Translations under genes and position numbers: made by a program
Assembly (NCBI GenBank): GCA_036676395.1
Contig: JAKFCY010000002.1
Coordinates: 2,649,132-2,713,131 of the forward strand
Length of the DNA: 64,000 nucleotides
Origin: Bdellovibrio sp.
GTDB lineage: Bacteria; Bdellovibrionota; Bdellovibrionia; Bdellovibrionales; Bdellovibrionaceae
Direction of reading: 5' to 3'
Shown: positions 18,156 through 28,693 of the stretch, one piece after another
Layout of the letters: the number at the start of each line of letters is the position of its first letter
How positions within the stretch are numbered: position 1 is the stretch's first letter
The notes under the pieces: generated by a model
Databases searched by the model: none
Told to the model about the DNA's origin: nothing
Seen by the model: only the letters and a program-made list of their open reading frames with translations

Positions 18156-19493
18156 ATGAAGATTAAATCATTGGCCTTCACACTCCTGCTGTTCTTTTTG
18201 ACACTGGTTATTTTTATAACCAACGGTTGTCATGGGGTTTATTTAAATGAAACAAAAGCAGCCTCTAGCGTTTCTGCTGCGACTGTAAAAATCGGTCTTC
18301 ACAGAGACCGTAAAGGCCAAAGCATCGATGAAGCTTTAGTAAAATCATTTATCAAAGACTATGATTTAAAAGTTGAAATCACATCATACACCTCATTTGA
18401 AAGTTTAAATTCTGATTTCGAAAATAAAAAAATCGACATGGTGATTACACGCACATCTTCTCGCCACACTCGTTCTTTTTCATTACAAAGCCCGGCGTAT
18501 GATGATTTACAAATTTCTTTATTTTGTAAAAAATCTGAAAATATCTCGCAGGTTTTTGTGCCGGCAAAGTTAGAATTTGTTTTAGCAGAACTTATGGTGG
18601 CGGCGCCTGAATTGTATGACCGTATTACTTTGGTAGACAACACTTTTGAAGCGATCGCTGAACAATCATTTCAGACTAAAAATTCTTGTTTTCTGGCAGA
18701 AAGTAAATTTAACAAAACCAGCCAGGTTGAAAATAGAAAATATGCTAAAGCCTGGACCAGCGAAAATATTTATCCTCTGGCTTGGCTAATCAATAAAGAT
18801 GCCGATGATCTTAATAAGTTAGTGCAAATCTGGTTTCAAAAATTAATTCGCGAAAACAAGATGGTGCGCTTCAAAGACCAATACGATGCTCCGTTTTATA
18901 AGATGTCGTTATTAGAATACAAACAGTTCAAAAGCGACGTTAAAACTAAGCTTCCACAGTGGAAAAAATATTTTCAAAAGTATTCTGAAAAGTATCAGGT
19001 ACCTTGGTTATTGATCGCCGCCGTGGCCTATCAAGAGTCACGCTGGGAGCCCGATGCTACAAGTTACACGGGCGTTAAAGGCTTTATGCAGCTGACCTCG
19101 GCGACGGCTCAACACTTAGGTGTGACAGATCGCGAAGACCCGATTCAAAGTATTCAAGGTGGATCATTTTACATGCAGTATTTGTATGACAAAATGCCTG
19201 CACGAATCACCCGCTTTGAACGCTGGATTCAAGCTTTGGCTTCTTACAATGCGGGATATGCCCATTTGCGTGATATTCACCGACTGGCGAAAGTTCGCGG
19301 TGTCGACCCGTATCGCTGGAAGAATTTAAAGATTTTATTGCCTGAATTATCGAATGAAGAAAATTTAGATATTTTTCTTTATGGTTTAGCTCGTGGTGAA
19401 GAAACGGTCGATTTTATCGAAAACGTTCTGACTTACCACGAGGCCTTAACTCATCTTTTTACTCAACCGTTACCGACTTCGCGAGATTTCTAG
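18156..19493 (+). CDS. mltF: MltF-like lytic transglycosylase (substrate-binding-like domain plus SLT domain)
   Basis: WLLIAAVAYQESRW, TGVKGFMQLT, ALASYNAGYAH and ARGEETVDFIENV motifs. Confidence 0.85.
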   Translation: MKIKSLAFTLLLFFLTLVIFITNGCHGVYLNETKAASSVSAATVKIGLHRDRKGQSIDEALVKSFIKDYDLKVEITSYTSFESLNSDFENKKIDMVITRTSSRHTRSFSLQSPAYDDLQISLFCKKSENISQVFVPAKLEFVLAELMVAAPELYDRITLVDNTFEAIAEQSFQTKNSCFLAESKFNKTSQVENRKYAKAWTSENIYPLAWLINKDADDLNKLVQIWFQKLIRENKMVRFKDQYDAPFYKMSLLEYKQFKSDVKTKLPQWKKYFQKYSEKYQVPWLLIAAVAYQESRWEPDATSYTGVKGFMQLTSATAQHLGVTDREDPIQSIQGGSFYMQYLYDKMPARITRFERWIQALASYNAGYAHLRDIHRLAKVRGVDPYRWKNLKILLPELSNEENLDIFLYGLARGEETVDFIENVLTYHEALTHLFTQPLPTSRDF

Positions 19494-21291
19494 GTTGATC
19501 CACATCATAACCCAAATGATCTGCTAAGTGGTAAGCCATCAATTGTAATGGCACGACCGCGATTAATGGATTTGTTGTCCATAACGCTTTCGGAAGCGAA
19601 AGATAAAACTCACTCATTGATTTTAAACCTTCATTTTCGCCAGTGCCGATAGAAATGATTTTTCCACCGCGGGCTTTAGCTTCTTGTAAATTACTGATCG
19701 TTTTATCAATCAGATCATCACTTGGAGCAACCACCACAATCGCCATGTCTTTATCAATCAATGCTAGCGGCCCATGCTTCATTTCGCCAGCGGCATAACC
19801 TTCAGCGTGCATATAAGCTAATTCTTTAAGTTTCAAAGCGCCTTCTAAAGCAATCGGAAAACTTACGCCGCGGCCTAAGAATAAAAAGCCTTTAAATTCA
19901 CGAAGCTTAATGGCAGCTTCGTTAAAGTATTTATCATAAGCCAGTACTGTTTCCATTTGGCTAGGTACGGCTAATAAACTTTCAACAATCTGTTTTTCAG
20001 CTGCAGCCGTGATTCCGCCGCGCGCTTTAGCGATTTGCACCGCTAAAATATTTAACAATGACAATGTGCTTGAAAAAGCTTTAGTGCTGGCCACACCGAC
20101 TTCAACGCCCGTGTTCATGTACATATGACCTAAAGCTTCGCGGTCAATTGAAGATTGCGCCACATTCGTGATGGATAAAGTTTGTGCCCCAAATTCTTTG
20201 GCTAATCGCACTGCAGCCAAAGTATCTGCCGTTTCACCACTTTGTGAAATAGTGATCACTAACGTGTTCGGTGGCAAAATCGGTTTACGGTAGCGAAATT
20301 CAGAGGCGATATCTGTTTCAACCGGAATTTTTGCGATTTGTTCGATAAGATATTTACCAACCATGGCTGCGTAATAACTTGTACCGCAGGCAATAAAAAA
20401 TACGCGATCGATTTTTTTATACATTTCGGCAGTTTCATAACCGATATTTTTTAAATTGATTGAATGGGTGTCGGTATCGATAAACGGAGCAATCGCTTGC
20501 GCTACGGCACGCGGCTGTTCGTAAATTTCTTTTAACATGAAATGTTTAAAGCCTGCTTTTTCAACTTGGTCTTCTGACCAGTCGACAGTGACGATCTCTT
20601 TTTTGATCTCTTCACCTTGAGCGCTTAAAAATTTAATGTCAGAGCCATTGATGTGCACGATTTCACGGTCATTTAAATAAACGAATTTTTTTGTGTACTT
20701 AATAGCAGCTTGCACATCTGAAACTATGAAATGTTCTTTTTCGCCGATACCCGCAATTAATGGTGGGCCATCTTTAAACGCGATTAATTCATTTGGAGAT
20801 TTCTCCCACATCACTAAAATTGAAAACGCGCCGATGATTTTACCCAACGTATTTTTAACTGACTGAAGTAAATTCTGAGTTTTTTGAATATCTTCCCAGA
20901 TTAAGTGAGCTACTAATTCAGAATCAGTGTCAGATTTAATCTCTGTGCCTTTTTTAATAAGCTCGGCTTTGATTTCTAAATAGTTTTCGATAATACCGTT
21001 GTGCACTAGGCTGATTTCACCAGCTTGGTGAGGATGAGCATTACGTTCATTTGGAGCGCCGTGCGTGGCCCAACGCGTGTGACCGATACCTAAGTGACCG
21101 TTAAAAGACTCAGAGATGATTTTTTCTTCTAAATTTTTTAACTTGCCTTGGGCACGTACGCGTTTGGTTTTGCCGTCATGAATAACTGCAATACCGGCGC
21201 TATCGTAACCGCGATATTCAAGTTTTTTTAAGCCATCAATAATAATTTTTTTAGGTTCTTGCGGCCCCAAGTAACCAACGATTCCACACAT
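19459..21291 (-). CDS. glmS: Glutamine-fructose-6-phosphate aminotransferase
   Basis: MCGIVG, LEYRGYDSAG, GHTRWATHG, SQSGETADT and PRNLAKSVTVE motifs. Confidence 0.99.
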   Translation of the reverse strand: MCGIVGYLGPQEPKKIIIDGLKKLEYRGYDSAGIAVIHDGKTKRVRAQGKLKNLEEKIISESFNGHLGIGHTRWATHGAPNERNAHPHQAGEISLVHNGIIENYLEIKAELIKKGTEIKSDTDSELVAHLIWEDIQKTQNLLQSVKNTLGKIIGAFSILVMWEKSPNELIAFKDGPPLIAGIGEKEHFIVSDVQAAIKYTKKFVYLNDREIVHINGSDIKFLSAQGEEIKKEIVTVDWSEDQVEKAGFKHFMLKEIYEQPRAVAQAIAPFIDTDTHSINLKNIGYETAEMYKKIDRVFFIACGTSYYAAMVGKYLIEQIAKIPVETDIASEFRYRKPILPPNTLVITISQSGETADTLAAVRLAKEFGAQTLSITNVAQSSIDREALGHMYMNTGVEVGVASTKAFSSTLSLLNILAVQIAKARGGITAAAEKQIVESLLAVPSQMETVLAYDKYFNEAAIKLREFKGFLFLGRGVSFPIALEGALKLKELAYMHAEGYAAGEMKHGPLALIDKDMAIVVVAPSDDLIDKTISNLQEAKARGGKIISIGTGENEGLKSMSEFYLSLPKALWTTNPLIAVVPLQLMAYHLADHLGYDVDQPRNLAKSVTVE

Positions 21292-21297
21292 AGCGAA

Positions 21298-22674
21298 TTA
21301 ATCCTTTTTACTTTTAAATTTTGCGGCGTAGCCTTCTTTGTTCTCTTGCTTGGTGCGACCAATAGCCAGAGCGCCTTCAGGTACGTTTTTCGTCACCGTC
21401 GTGCCAGATGCAATAATCGCATCAGCTCCAACTTCAACTGGAGCCACTAATTGCGAATCGCTTCCCACAAATACGCGGTCTTTTATAACCGTCTTATATT
21501 TTTTCTTATCTGCTGCGTAGTTACAGGTAATTGTCCCGCAACCAATGTTTACATCTTCGCCAATTTCAGCATCGCCAAGATATGTTAAATGCCCTGCTTT
21601 TGAATTTTTGCCGAAGTTTACTTTTTTAAGTTCAACGAAGTTACCGATATGGGCGTGTTCGCCGATTGTAGAATCGGGGCGAATGCGGGCATAAGGGCCA
21701 AGTTTTGCCTGCGACTTAATGACCGCTTGTTCGATGTAAGTTCCAGCCTTAATTTGCACGCCGTCTTGAATAATTGCTTCTGAAATAAACGCATTCGGTT
21801 CAATCACGCAGAATGGGCCAACAGCTGTTTTACCACGAATAAAAACATTCGGATAAATCACGCTTCCAGCACCGATCACAACAGTTTCTTCAATGTAAGT
21901 TGATTGTGGATCTAAAATAATCACGCCTTCATTCATTAACTGATAACATTTTTGCACGTACACGTATTTTGTGGCTTCAGCTAATTCAGCTTGATTATTT
22001 ACTCCGTGGGCTACGTGTTTGTTTTTTGTGACGATAGCGTCTACTTTGCAGTTATTTTCTAAAGCGATTGATATTAAATCTGTTAAATAAAATTCACCTT
22101 TAGAATTATTGTTTTTAATTTGCGGTAAAAACTTTTTAAGCAACGCTGCTTTAACAACGTACATGCCTGTATTTACTTCTTTGATTTTTAAAGTTTCTGC
22201 TGAGGCATCTTTTGCTTCAACGATGGCCTTAAGTTGATTGTTCTGGCGAATGACACGACCAAATGCTTTAGCATCATCTAATTCAACTGATACTACAGCT
22301 AAATCCAGTTGACGTTCGCGAAAATCTGTAATGAAACCTTTAATGTCTGCAGCCGTAATTAAGGGGTGATCACCATTTAAAATAACAACATCACCTTCGA
22401 TCGAATCGACTTGTGCCGATTTCACCGCATCACCTGTGCCTAATTGTTTTTCTTGCACATAAGTGGCTACCCCTAAAGGTTCGACTACCGATTTTACTAA
22501 AGCTTGGCCATGGCCAACAACAAGGCGCACTTCTTCGATCTCAGCTTTTGCACATTGGGTTAAGATACGAACGATCATCGGTTGCCCCGAGACTGGATGT
22601 AAAGTCTTAGGTAAAGGGCTTTTCATCCGCGTGCCTTGGCCGCCAGCTAAAATAATTGCAGTCGTTTTAGTCAT
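21298..22674 (-). CDS. glmU: Bifunctional UDP-GlcNAc pyrophosphorylase/acetyltransferase
   Basis: ILAGGQGTRMKS, QLGTG, EFYLTD, hexapeptide repeats and GNFVELK. Start set at MTKTTAII. Confidence 0.97.
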   Translation of the reverse strand: MTKTTAIILAGGQGTRMKSPLPKTLHPVSGQPMIVRILTQCAKAEIEEVRLVVGHGQALVKSVVEPLGVATYVQEKQLGTGDAVKSAQVDSIEGDVVILNGDHPLITAADIKGFITDFRERQLDLAVVSVELDDAKAFGRVIRQNNQLKAIVEAKDASAETLKIKEVNTGMYVVKAALLKKFLPQIKNNNSKGEFYLTDLISIALENNCKVDAIVTKNKHVAHGVNNQAELAEATKYVYVQKCYQLMNEGVIILDPQSTYIEETVVIGAGSVIYPNVFIRGKTAVGPFCVIEPNAFISEAIIQDGVQIKAGTYIEQAVIKSQAKLGPYARIRPDSTIGEHAHIGNFVELKKVNFGKNSKAGHLTYLGDAEIGEDVNIGCGTITCNYAADKKKYKTVIKDRVFVGSDSQLVAPVEVGADAIIASGTTVTKNVPEGALAIGRTKQENKEGYAAKFKSKKD

Positions 22675-22795
22675 AGAATCCTCATCAATTAATATCATAT
22701 TTATTTCGGTGCTATTCGTCAGCCAATTTCTTTTTAGCTCTAGGCAAATAGTGACTTTGCAGGCACAGTATTTATAAAGGATTGTGGAACAATAC

Positions 22796-23476
22796 ATGAC
22801 CATTCGCTCTATAGCTTTTGATTTAGATGACACCTTACTGGACACCACGGGATTACTGGTACCCCAGGCCTCGCAGGATGCATTTCAGATCCTGATCGAT
22901 GCAGGACTTCGTCTAGATTTAAAAACCTGCGAAGAACAGCGGCTAGCTTTAATTCGGACAATTTCGCATAAAGATGTCTTTAAAAAATTAGCGCATGAAC
23001 ATGGCACAGCCGCTACACAAGCCGCTGTTGAACTTGCTAACCGGGCTTTCTATCATCCGCGCCTTCCTGAAAAGTTAGATCTTTTACCAGGAGCCTTAGC
23101 TAACCTTGATGTTTTAAGCAAAAAATATAATCTGTATTTAGTCACAGCAGGTTTTCAAGATGCCCAAACGGCAAAAATAAAAAGTCTAGGCATTGCCAAT
23201 TATTTTAAAAAAATCTTTGTGGTTAATAGTTTAATTGCAGAAAAAAAGTTTACCGCTTTTAAAATGATTTTAAATGATGAAAATATTAAACCCGATGAAT
23301 TACTTTGTATTGGCAACTCACTGGCTTCAGAAATAAAAGATGCCCGCCAAATTGGCGCTTGGGCTTGTTATTTTGAATTTGGCGAAGACCGCGGAGCGGT
23401 TCCTAAAGAGCCCGAATTTCAACCGCACTTTCATGTTAAAACTCATCAGGAGCTTATCGCCGCATGCCAACTTTAG
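22796..23476 (+). CDS. HAD-superfamily hydrolase
   Basis: FDLDDTLLDT motif I, LVTAG motif II, IGNSLASEI motif IV variant. Confidence 0.85.
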   Translation: MTIRSIAFDLDDTLLDTTGLLVPQASQDAFQILIDAGLRLDLKTCEEQRLALIRTISHKDVFKKLAHEHGTAATQAAVELANRAFYHPRLPEKLDLLPGALANLDVLSKKYNLYLVTAGFQDAQTAKIKSLGIANYFKKIFVVNSLIAEKKFTAFKMILNDENIKPDELLCIGNSLASEIKDARQIGAWACYFEFGEDRGAVPKEPEFQPHFHVKTHQELIAACQL

Positions 23477-25272
23477 AGTGTCGTGTTGCAGTCGCATCGC
23501 CGAATCACACACTCGATGGTTTAATCCAAGATGGCTTCGCTTACTCATTGTTAGATTCGCCTTATTTAAAATCGGCCGATCACAAAGTCTTTACTGATAT
23601 TTTAATTGTGGGCCATAACCAGTTGCCAGAACTTGCAAAAATGCGCGCACAAATTCAATTTAATTATTGTTATCTTACTTTTGATGATGCGGAAAATGAA
23701 ATTCCTGCTGATTTATATAATCTGTTTAAACCTGATCAAATTTTACTAGCCGTCGATCTGACCGAAAAAGTTGTTTTTAACCAATTAGAAAATCTTGATC
23801 AAAAAAGACAAGACGAAGCCAAAAAACGTTTAACGTCTGAATTAATCGACCAAGATCAACAGACTAAGGCCACTTTGCGCCAACAAATTTTTCAGGATCA
23901 ACAAGAGCTGATTGATCGCCGGCAAAAGATCTTAGAAGTGAACAACCGTATCGAATCGTTGCGTAAAATTTTATTCAGCTTATCTGAAGAAAATGATGTC
24001 ACTCGTATCGAAACACTTTTAAACGAGCTGTTACCACAGGCGACAGCCGCGACATGGATTAAAATTATTCCTGATTACCTAGCCGAAAACTTTGAAAAAG
24101 ACTTACAAGCTCAGTTGCCAAACTTTTTCGCTAAAAAACAGTGTTCGAATTATTTTATTTATTTCATGAAGGGCAATAACCGCCCGTTTCGCAGTTCTGA
24201 TAATGAAATGTTTGGCAAAGTTTCAGATGCCTTGCATTTTAATTTGTTAAAGGCAGCTTCGTTAAGCCAACAACAGCACTTAGAAAAAATTGTCTCTACG
24301 GCCTTTAACTCTACGGCTTACCCGCTATTAGTTGTTGATAAAGAATATAATGTTTTAGAATCAAATAAAGCCTTTCATAGATATCCTGCAGCCACTGACA
24401 ATCCTAAGTGCTATCAGGTGATGTTTAACCGCGAATCACCGTGTGTGGACTGCAAATTTGGCACTAATTTTCAGGTGCAGAATCAAAATGAAAACAGCAC
24501 TACCTATCATAATGTGCAATCACAGCGCCTAGCAGGCTATGAAGACCGCAACAGCCACTGGGTGCATTTCTATGTTGATATCACCGAAGATAAAATGCTT
24601 GAACAGCGTCTAAGCCAGACGGCTAAAATGAAAGAACTTGGATTAATTTCAAGCTCTATCGCCCATGAATTAAATAACCCACTGGGTGGAATTATTTCAT
24701 ATATTCAGATCCTGCAAATGGAACTGGCTAAAGACCACTATCTGCACGGCGAATTAAAAGATATGAATATGGCTGCCCAGCGCATGAAGCAGATTATCGA
24801 AAACCTATTAATCTTTTCGCGCAGACCGGGCACGCAGGAAAAAGAAACAATTTTATTAAAAGATTTATTAACCGAATCGCTAAAGATGAATGAATTGTCT
24901 TTTAAAATCGAAAATATCAAAGTTGTTCAGCAGTTAGAACAGCTGGTTGATGCCATCACTGTCACCCGTTCGAACTTTCGTGATTCGCTCAATTTAATTT
25001 TTAACTTTTTTATTGAAGGCCTAAGACGGGTGCGTTTACAGAAGAATACGCAGACAGGTCTGATCGAGGTCAAATTTTCCCAAGACCAAATCAACTTCTA
25101 TTTAGACCTGCAATCCAATATAGGCCCGCTTAACGATGAACAAAAAAACAAGAATATTTACTTCTTAGTGATTCATAAGTCCTTAATAGATCAAGGTTTT
25201 CAAGTTGAATTAACCGAACCCAATGCCTCGTGGGTCGCCATGCGCATGACTTTACCGAAGGCTAGCTCTTAA
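23464..25272 (+). CDS. Histidine-kinase-like protein (PAS-like region plus HisKA; degenerate ATPase domain)
   Basis: H-box IAHELNNPLGGI; Cys motif KCYQVMFNRESPCVDC; no recognisable G1/G2 boxes. Confidence 0.75.
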   Translation: MPTLECRVAVASPNHTLDGLIQDGFAYSLLDSPYLKSADHKVFTDILIVGHNQLPELAKMRAQIQFNYCYLTFDDAENEIPADLYNLFKPDQILLAVDLTEKVVFNQLENLDQKRQDEAKKRLTSELIDQDQQTKATLRQQIFQDQQELIDRRQKILEVNNRIESLRKILFSLSEENDVTRIETLLNELLPQATAATWIKIIPDYLAENFEKDLQAQLPNFFAKKQCSNYFIYFMKGNNRPFRSSDNEMFGKVSDALHFNLLKAASLSQQQHLEKIVSTAFNSTAYPLLVVDKEYNVLESNKAFHRYPAATDNPKCYQVMFNRESPCVDCKFGTNFQVQNQNENSTTYHNVQSQRLAGYEDRNSHWVHFYVDITEDKMLEQRLSQTAKMKELGLISSSIAHELNNPLGGIISYIQILQMELAKDHYLHGELKDMNMAAQRMKQIIENLLIFSRRPGTQEKETILLKDLLTESLKMNELSFKIENIKVVQQLEQLVDAITVTRSNFRDSLNLIFNFFIEGLRRVRLQKNTQTGLIEVKFSQDQINFYLDLQSNIGPLNDEQKNKNIYFLVIHKSLIDQGFQVELTEPNASWVAMRMTLPKASS

Positions 25273-25342
25273 TAAATTTGCACAAAATTTAGCATCAAGA
25301 CTCGGCCATCCAAAGTCCTGAAATGCAGTCTGGGCCTACGTT

Positions 25343-25364
25343 TTTTTGACACCTCCGTCAAAAA
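25343..25364. promoter_or_regulatory. Palindromic operator TTTTTGAC-N6-GTCAAAAA
   Basis: Perfect 8-bp inverted repeat 66 bp upstream of the NtrC-family gene. Confidence 0.55.
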
Positions 25365-25430
25365 TTAGATTAGGATAATTTAGTAGATCAAGATGATCTT
25401 ACCCCTGAGAACCTCCACGGAAGGAAGTTT

Positions 25431-26846
25431 ATGAAGAATAGCCGAGTATTGATCTTAGATGATGAATCAACACTAAGAACCGCTCTATTCCGCTTACTTG
25501 ATCGCAAAGGTCACAACGTAGTGACTGCCCATCGTATCGATGAAGCGAAAAACTTCTGTGCTCCCGATAAAAAATTCGACCTAGCTATCGTAGATATGAA
25601 TTTACCGGATGGCGATGGTATGGAATTCATGACTTTCTTAAAACAATTATATCCTGAAATTCAAGTGATCATCTTAACGGGCTTTGGAACTATTGATACG
25701 GCTATTAAAGCCACGCAACAAGGGGCTTATCACTTTTTAACCAAGCCTTTCAATGTTGAAGAACTTATCAGCCTTGTGGATAAAGCTTTAGATCATAAGA
25801 CTCTTCAGACTGAAAACATCCAGTTACGCCAAGAATTAACTTCTAAATACAAATTCAGCCAAATCATCGGTGAAAGCGAAAGCATTAAATCTTGTCTTTC
25901 ACTAGTTGAACGCGTTGCTGATTCTGATTCTACGGTTTTAGTTCAAGGTGAGTCTGGAACTGGTAAAGAATTAATCGCCCGTGCGATTCATTACAATTCT
26001 CCAAGAGCAAAAGGCCCATTCATCGCGATTAACTGCGGCGCTATCCCTTCCGAATTATTAGAATCTGAATTATTTGGCCACGTAAAAGGAGCTTTTACCG
26101 GCGCTATCGCCAATCGCGCAGGGCGATTTGAATTAGCTGACGATGGCACTTTATTTTTAGATGAAATTGGTGATCTTGAACCTAGCTTACAAGTTAAAAT
26201 CTTACGCGCTTTACAAGAAAAGAAATTTGAACCAGTTGGTTCAACAAAAACGATCTCGGTAAATGTGCGTGTTATCACCGCGACCAACGTTGATTTAGAA
26301 CGCGCGGTTGAAGAAGGTAAGTTCAGAGAAGATCTTTATTACCGTTTAAATGTTATTCCGATTCAAATTCCTGCATTAAGAGAACGTAAAACAGATATCC
26401 CGTTACTTTTAAATCACTTTTTAACTTCATTTAATAAAAATAAAGCCAAATCAATCTCTGGATTTTCTCCTGAAGCGATGACCTGCTTAGTGAATTACGC
26501 TTGGCCTGGTAATATTCGTGAATTAGAAAACTTAGTTGAACGTTTAAGTATTTTAAAAGGCACTGGCGAAGTTGCTCCGCAAGACTTACCTGCAAAGTAT
26601 AAATCAGCTGCTGCTTGTTATGCTGAAACCGGATCAATTGATATTCCTGAAGAAGGATTAGATTTTAACAATGCTGTTGATCAGTTTGAAAATGCTTTAA
26701 TCATTAAAGCATTAGAAAAAACTGGCTGGAATAAAAACCAGGCGGCGATGTTACTAAGATTAAATCGCACGACGCTGGTTGAAAAAATGAAGAAAAAAGG
26801 CCTACGCTCATCAAATGATACCAGCGAACTTGAGATCAATGCTTAA
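25431..26846 (+). CDS. NtrC-family sigma54-dependent response regulator (REC-AAA+-HTH)
   Basis: IVDMNLPDGDG, GESGTGKE, GAFTGA, LFLDEIG, WPGNIREL and a C-terminal HTH. Confidence 0.95.
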   Translation: MKNSRVLILDDESTLRTALFRLLDRKGHNVVTAHRIDEAKNFCAPDKKFDLAIVDMNLPDGDGMEFMTFLKQLYPEIQVIILTGFGTIDTAIKATQQGAYHFLTKPFNVEELISLVDKALDHKTLQTENIQLRQELTSKYKFSQIIGESESIKSCLSLVERVADSDSTVLVQGESGTGKELIARAIHYNSPRAKGPFIAINCGAIPSELLESELFGHVKGAFTGAIANRAGRFELADDGTLFLDEIGDLEPSLQVKILRALQEKKFEPVGSTKTISVNVRVITATNVDLERAVEEGKFREDLYYRLNVIPIQIPALRERKTDIPLLLNHFLTSFNKNKAKSISGFSPEAMTCLVNYAWPGNIRELENLVERLSILKGTGEVAPQDLPAKYKSAAACYAETGSIDIPEEGLDFNNAVDQFENALIIKALEKTGWNKNQAAMLLRLNRTTLVEKMKKKGLRSSNDTSELEINA

Positions 26847-26852
26847 TTAGCA

Positions 26853-28598
26853 ATGGTTTATCAAAGTAAATTTATCATTACCACAAAGCTTCCGTTAGAC
26901 CGTCTATGGGCGGTTTTATCTGATACTTCACGCATGAATAAAGCTATGGGATTACAGCCTCGCGAAGACGTTGAGGTGAATGGTTCGCGCATCGTGCGCG
27001 CCAAAATGCTTGGCCAAGAGCAAGAATGGCTAGAACTTCCGTGGATTTGGATTATCAATAAAGAAATCATCCATGAACGCCACTACAAAAAAGGTTTGAT
27101 GCACAAACAGATTGGCGTGTTTCGAATTTTGCCAGAAAAAACTTCTGCAGGCTTAACCCAGGTTGAAATTAATTTTACGTGGTACGGAAATTTTATTCTG
27201 CGGTTTATTATCGGGCCCGGGGCTTCTAATTTTTTTAAAAAAGAAATGCCCGCTTACCTGCAAGCCCAAGAAAATATATTTTTTGCGAATGCCCAGGCGA
27301 TCAATACATCACTGACTCCTCTGCGCAGGCTAAGTGACGGTGATAAAAACTTTAAGACGCAAATACTGGCTGAAGTAAATTCATCGCAACCGGCAAAGCT
27401 AAAGCTCGTTTTACAAAACTTAATTGCCAGTGATTCTTTAGATATTCATAAGATCAATCCTAAAAAAATCGCGACCCAAACTGGCTTAAGCTTAAATGAT
27501 GTTGTCGAACAACTTACCCTTTTAACCCATAAAGGCTATCTGGCTTTAACCTGGGATGTCGTCTGCCCACACTGTCGTGGCCCACAAGTTGAAAGTTCAC
27601 AACTGCGGGCTATTAAAAACAGCGCGAAATGCGGGCCTTGTGATCTTGAATTTTCAGTTCAAGATGAACGTTCACTTGAAGTAAGCTTTAAACCTCAATC
27701 TAAATTTCGTGAAGTCGGAAGCGTTAATTATTGTGCCGCAGAGCCCGCAAAGAAAACGCATATTCTGATCAACTGGCTAGTAGCTAAAAACGAAACTTTT
27801 ACGACAAGCCTAAATTTAAAACCGGGCACTTACCGCGCCCGCACTCTGCATGGCAAAAAATCATGTGAAGTTACCGTGAACGCCAGCCAATTGCCTTCGC
27901 AAAATGTCAGTGTTGATTTTAGCAAATCTCAGATTCAAATAGCTTCAGGAGATATTTCTTTATCATATAAGGCCGAAGCCGAAGATTATTTCGTTTTTGA
28001 AAGTTTACCCTGGAGTGCAGAAAAATTTTTAGCCGGTGAAGCTTTAAGTAATACGCATATTCGTACGCTATTAAACGATGACTTACTTCGTAGCGGTGTA
28101 AAATTAGAAATCGGCGAACAAATTATTTTATTTACTGACATTGTTGGCTCTACGCCCATGTATCGTAAGCTTGGTGATAGCAAAGCGTTCGTAGCGGTTC
28201 AAGATCACTACGCCATTATCGAAACCATTATTAAAAATAATTCAGGTGTGGTGGTTAAGTTTATCGGTGATGCGGTTATGGCGGCATTTACTGATGCAGG
28301 GTTAGCTTTTAAAGCTAATGATGAGATTCATCAGGCTTTTAAAAATAATAAAGACGCTTTAGTGCTACGAACATCATTTCATATTGGCCAAATTTTATGT
28401 GTAAATTTAAATGTCGGTCTTGATTACTTTGGGCAGACCGTAAACACAGCGGCTAAACTTCAGGGATGGGCAGATGGCTTCGAAACCGCTGTGTCTGAAC
28501 AAACGTTATCTCGAGTACCGAAAAATCAACGTTTGCAGCTTTCAATCAAACGAACTGGCTTTGATGAGAAGCTTCAAGAAACTGTTCACGTCTACTAA
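26853..28598 (+). CDS. Class III adenylate/guanylate cyclase with DUF5939-like Zn-ribbon region
   Basis: WDVVCPHCRG..CGPC, YCAAEPAKKTHI, FTDIVGST, KFIGDAVMA and DYFGQTVNTAAKL motifs. Confidence 0.85.
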   Translation: MVYQSKFIITTKLPLDRLWAVLSDTSRMNKAMGLQPREDVEVNGSRIVRAKMLGQEQEWLELPWIWIINKEIIHERHYKKGLMHKQIGVFRILPEKTSAGLTQVEINFTWYGNFILRFIIGPGASNFFKKEMPAYLQAQENIFFANAQAINTSLTPLRRLSDGDKNFKTQILAEVNSSQPAKLKLVLQNLIASDSLDIHKINPKKIATQTGLSLNDVVEQLTLLTHKGYLALTWDVVCPHCRGPQVESSQLRAIKNSAKCGPCDLEFSVQDERSLEVSFKPQSKFREVGSVNYCAAEPAKKTHILINWLVAKNETFTTSLNLKPGTYRARTLHGKKSCEVTVNASQLPSQNVSVDFSKSQIQIASGDISLSYKAEAEDYFVFESLPWSAEKFLAGEALSNTHIRTLLNDDLLRSGVKLEIGEQIILFTDIVGSTPMYRKLGDSKAFVAVQDHYAIIETIIKNNSGVVVKFIGDAVMAAFTDAGLAFKANDEIHQAFKNNKDALVLRTSFHIGQILCVNLNVGLDYFGQTVNTAAKLQGWADGFETAVSEQTLSRVPKNQRLQLSIKRTGFDEKLQETVHVY

Positions 28599-28693
28599 TT
28601 CAGAAGAAAGACTACACTTAACATGAGCTGTGTGAACCAAATGGCGATATTTAATTTCTGTGCGAAGCTTATTGTATCTTGACGTAGACCCAT
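28595..28693 (-). CDS. Putative 32-aa small membrane protein (below the ORF-track cutoff)
   Basis: MGLRQDTISFAQKLNIAIWFTQLMLSVVFLLN*; strong RBS GAGGGAG 8 nt before the ATG; hydrophobic C-terminal half. Confidence 0.55.
   Translation of the reverse strand: MGLRQDTISFAQKLNIAIWFTQLMLSVVFLLN

Noticed and set aside
17960..18223. N-terminal extensions of tdk (and likewise glmU, trmFO, fliE, dciA) in the ORF track
   Set aside because: Family motifs and RBS positions favour downstream starts; several extensions overlap divergent genes.
21079..21090. 12/14 match to the repeat motif (GTGACCGATACC) inside glmS
   Set aside because: It encodes the conserved GIGHTRWATH motif, so coding constraint explains it.
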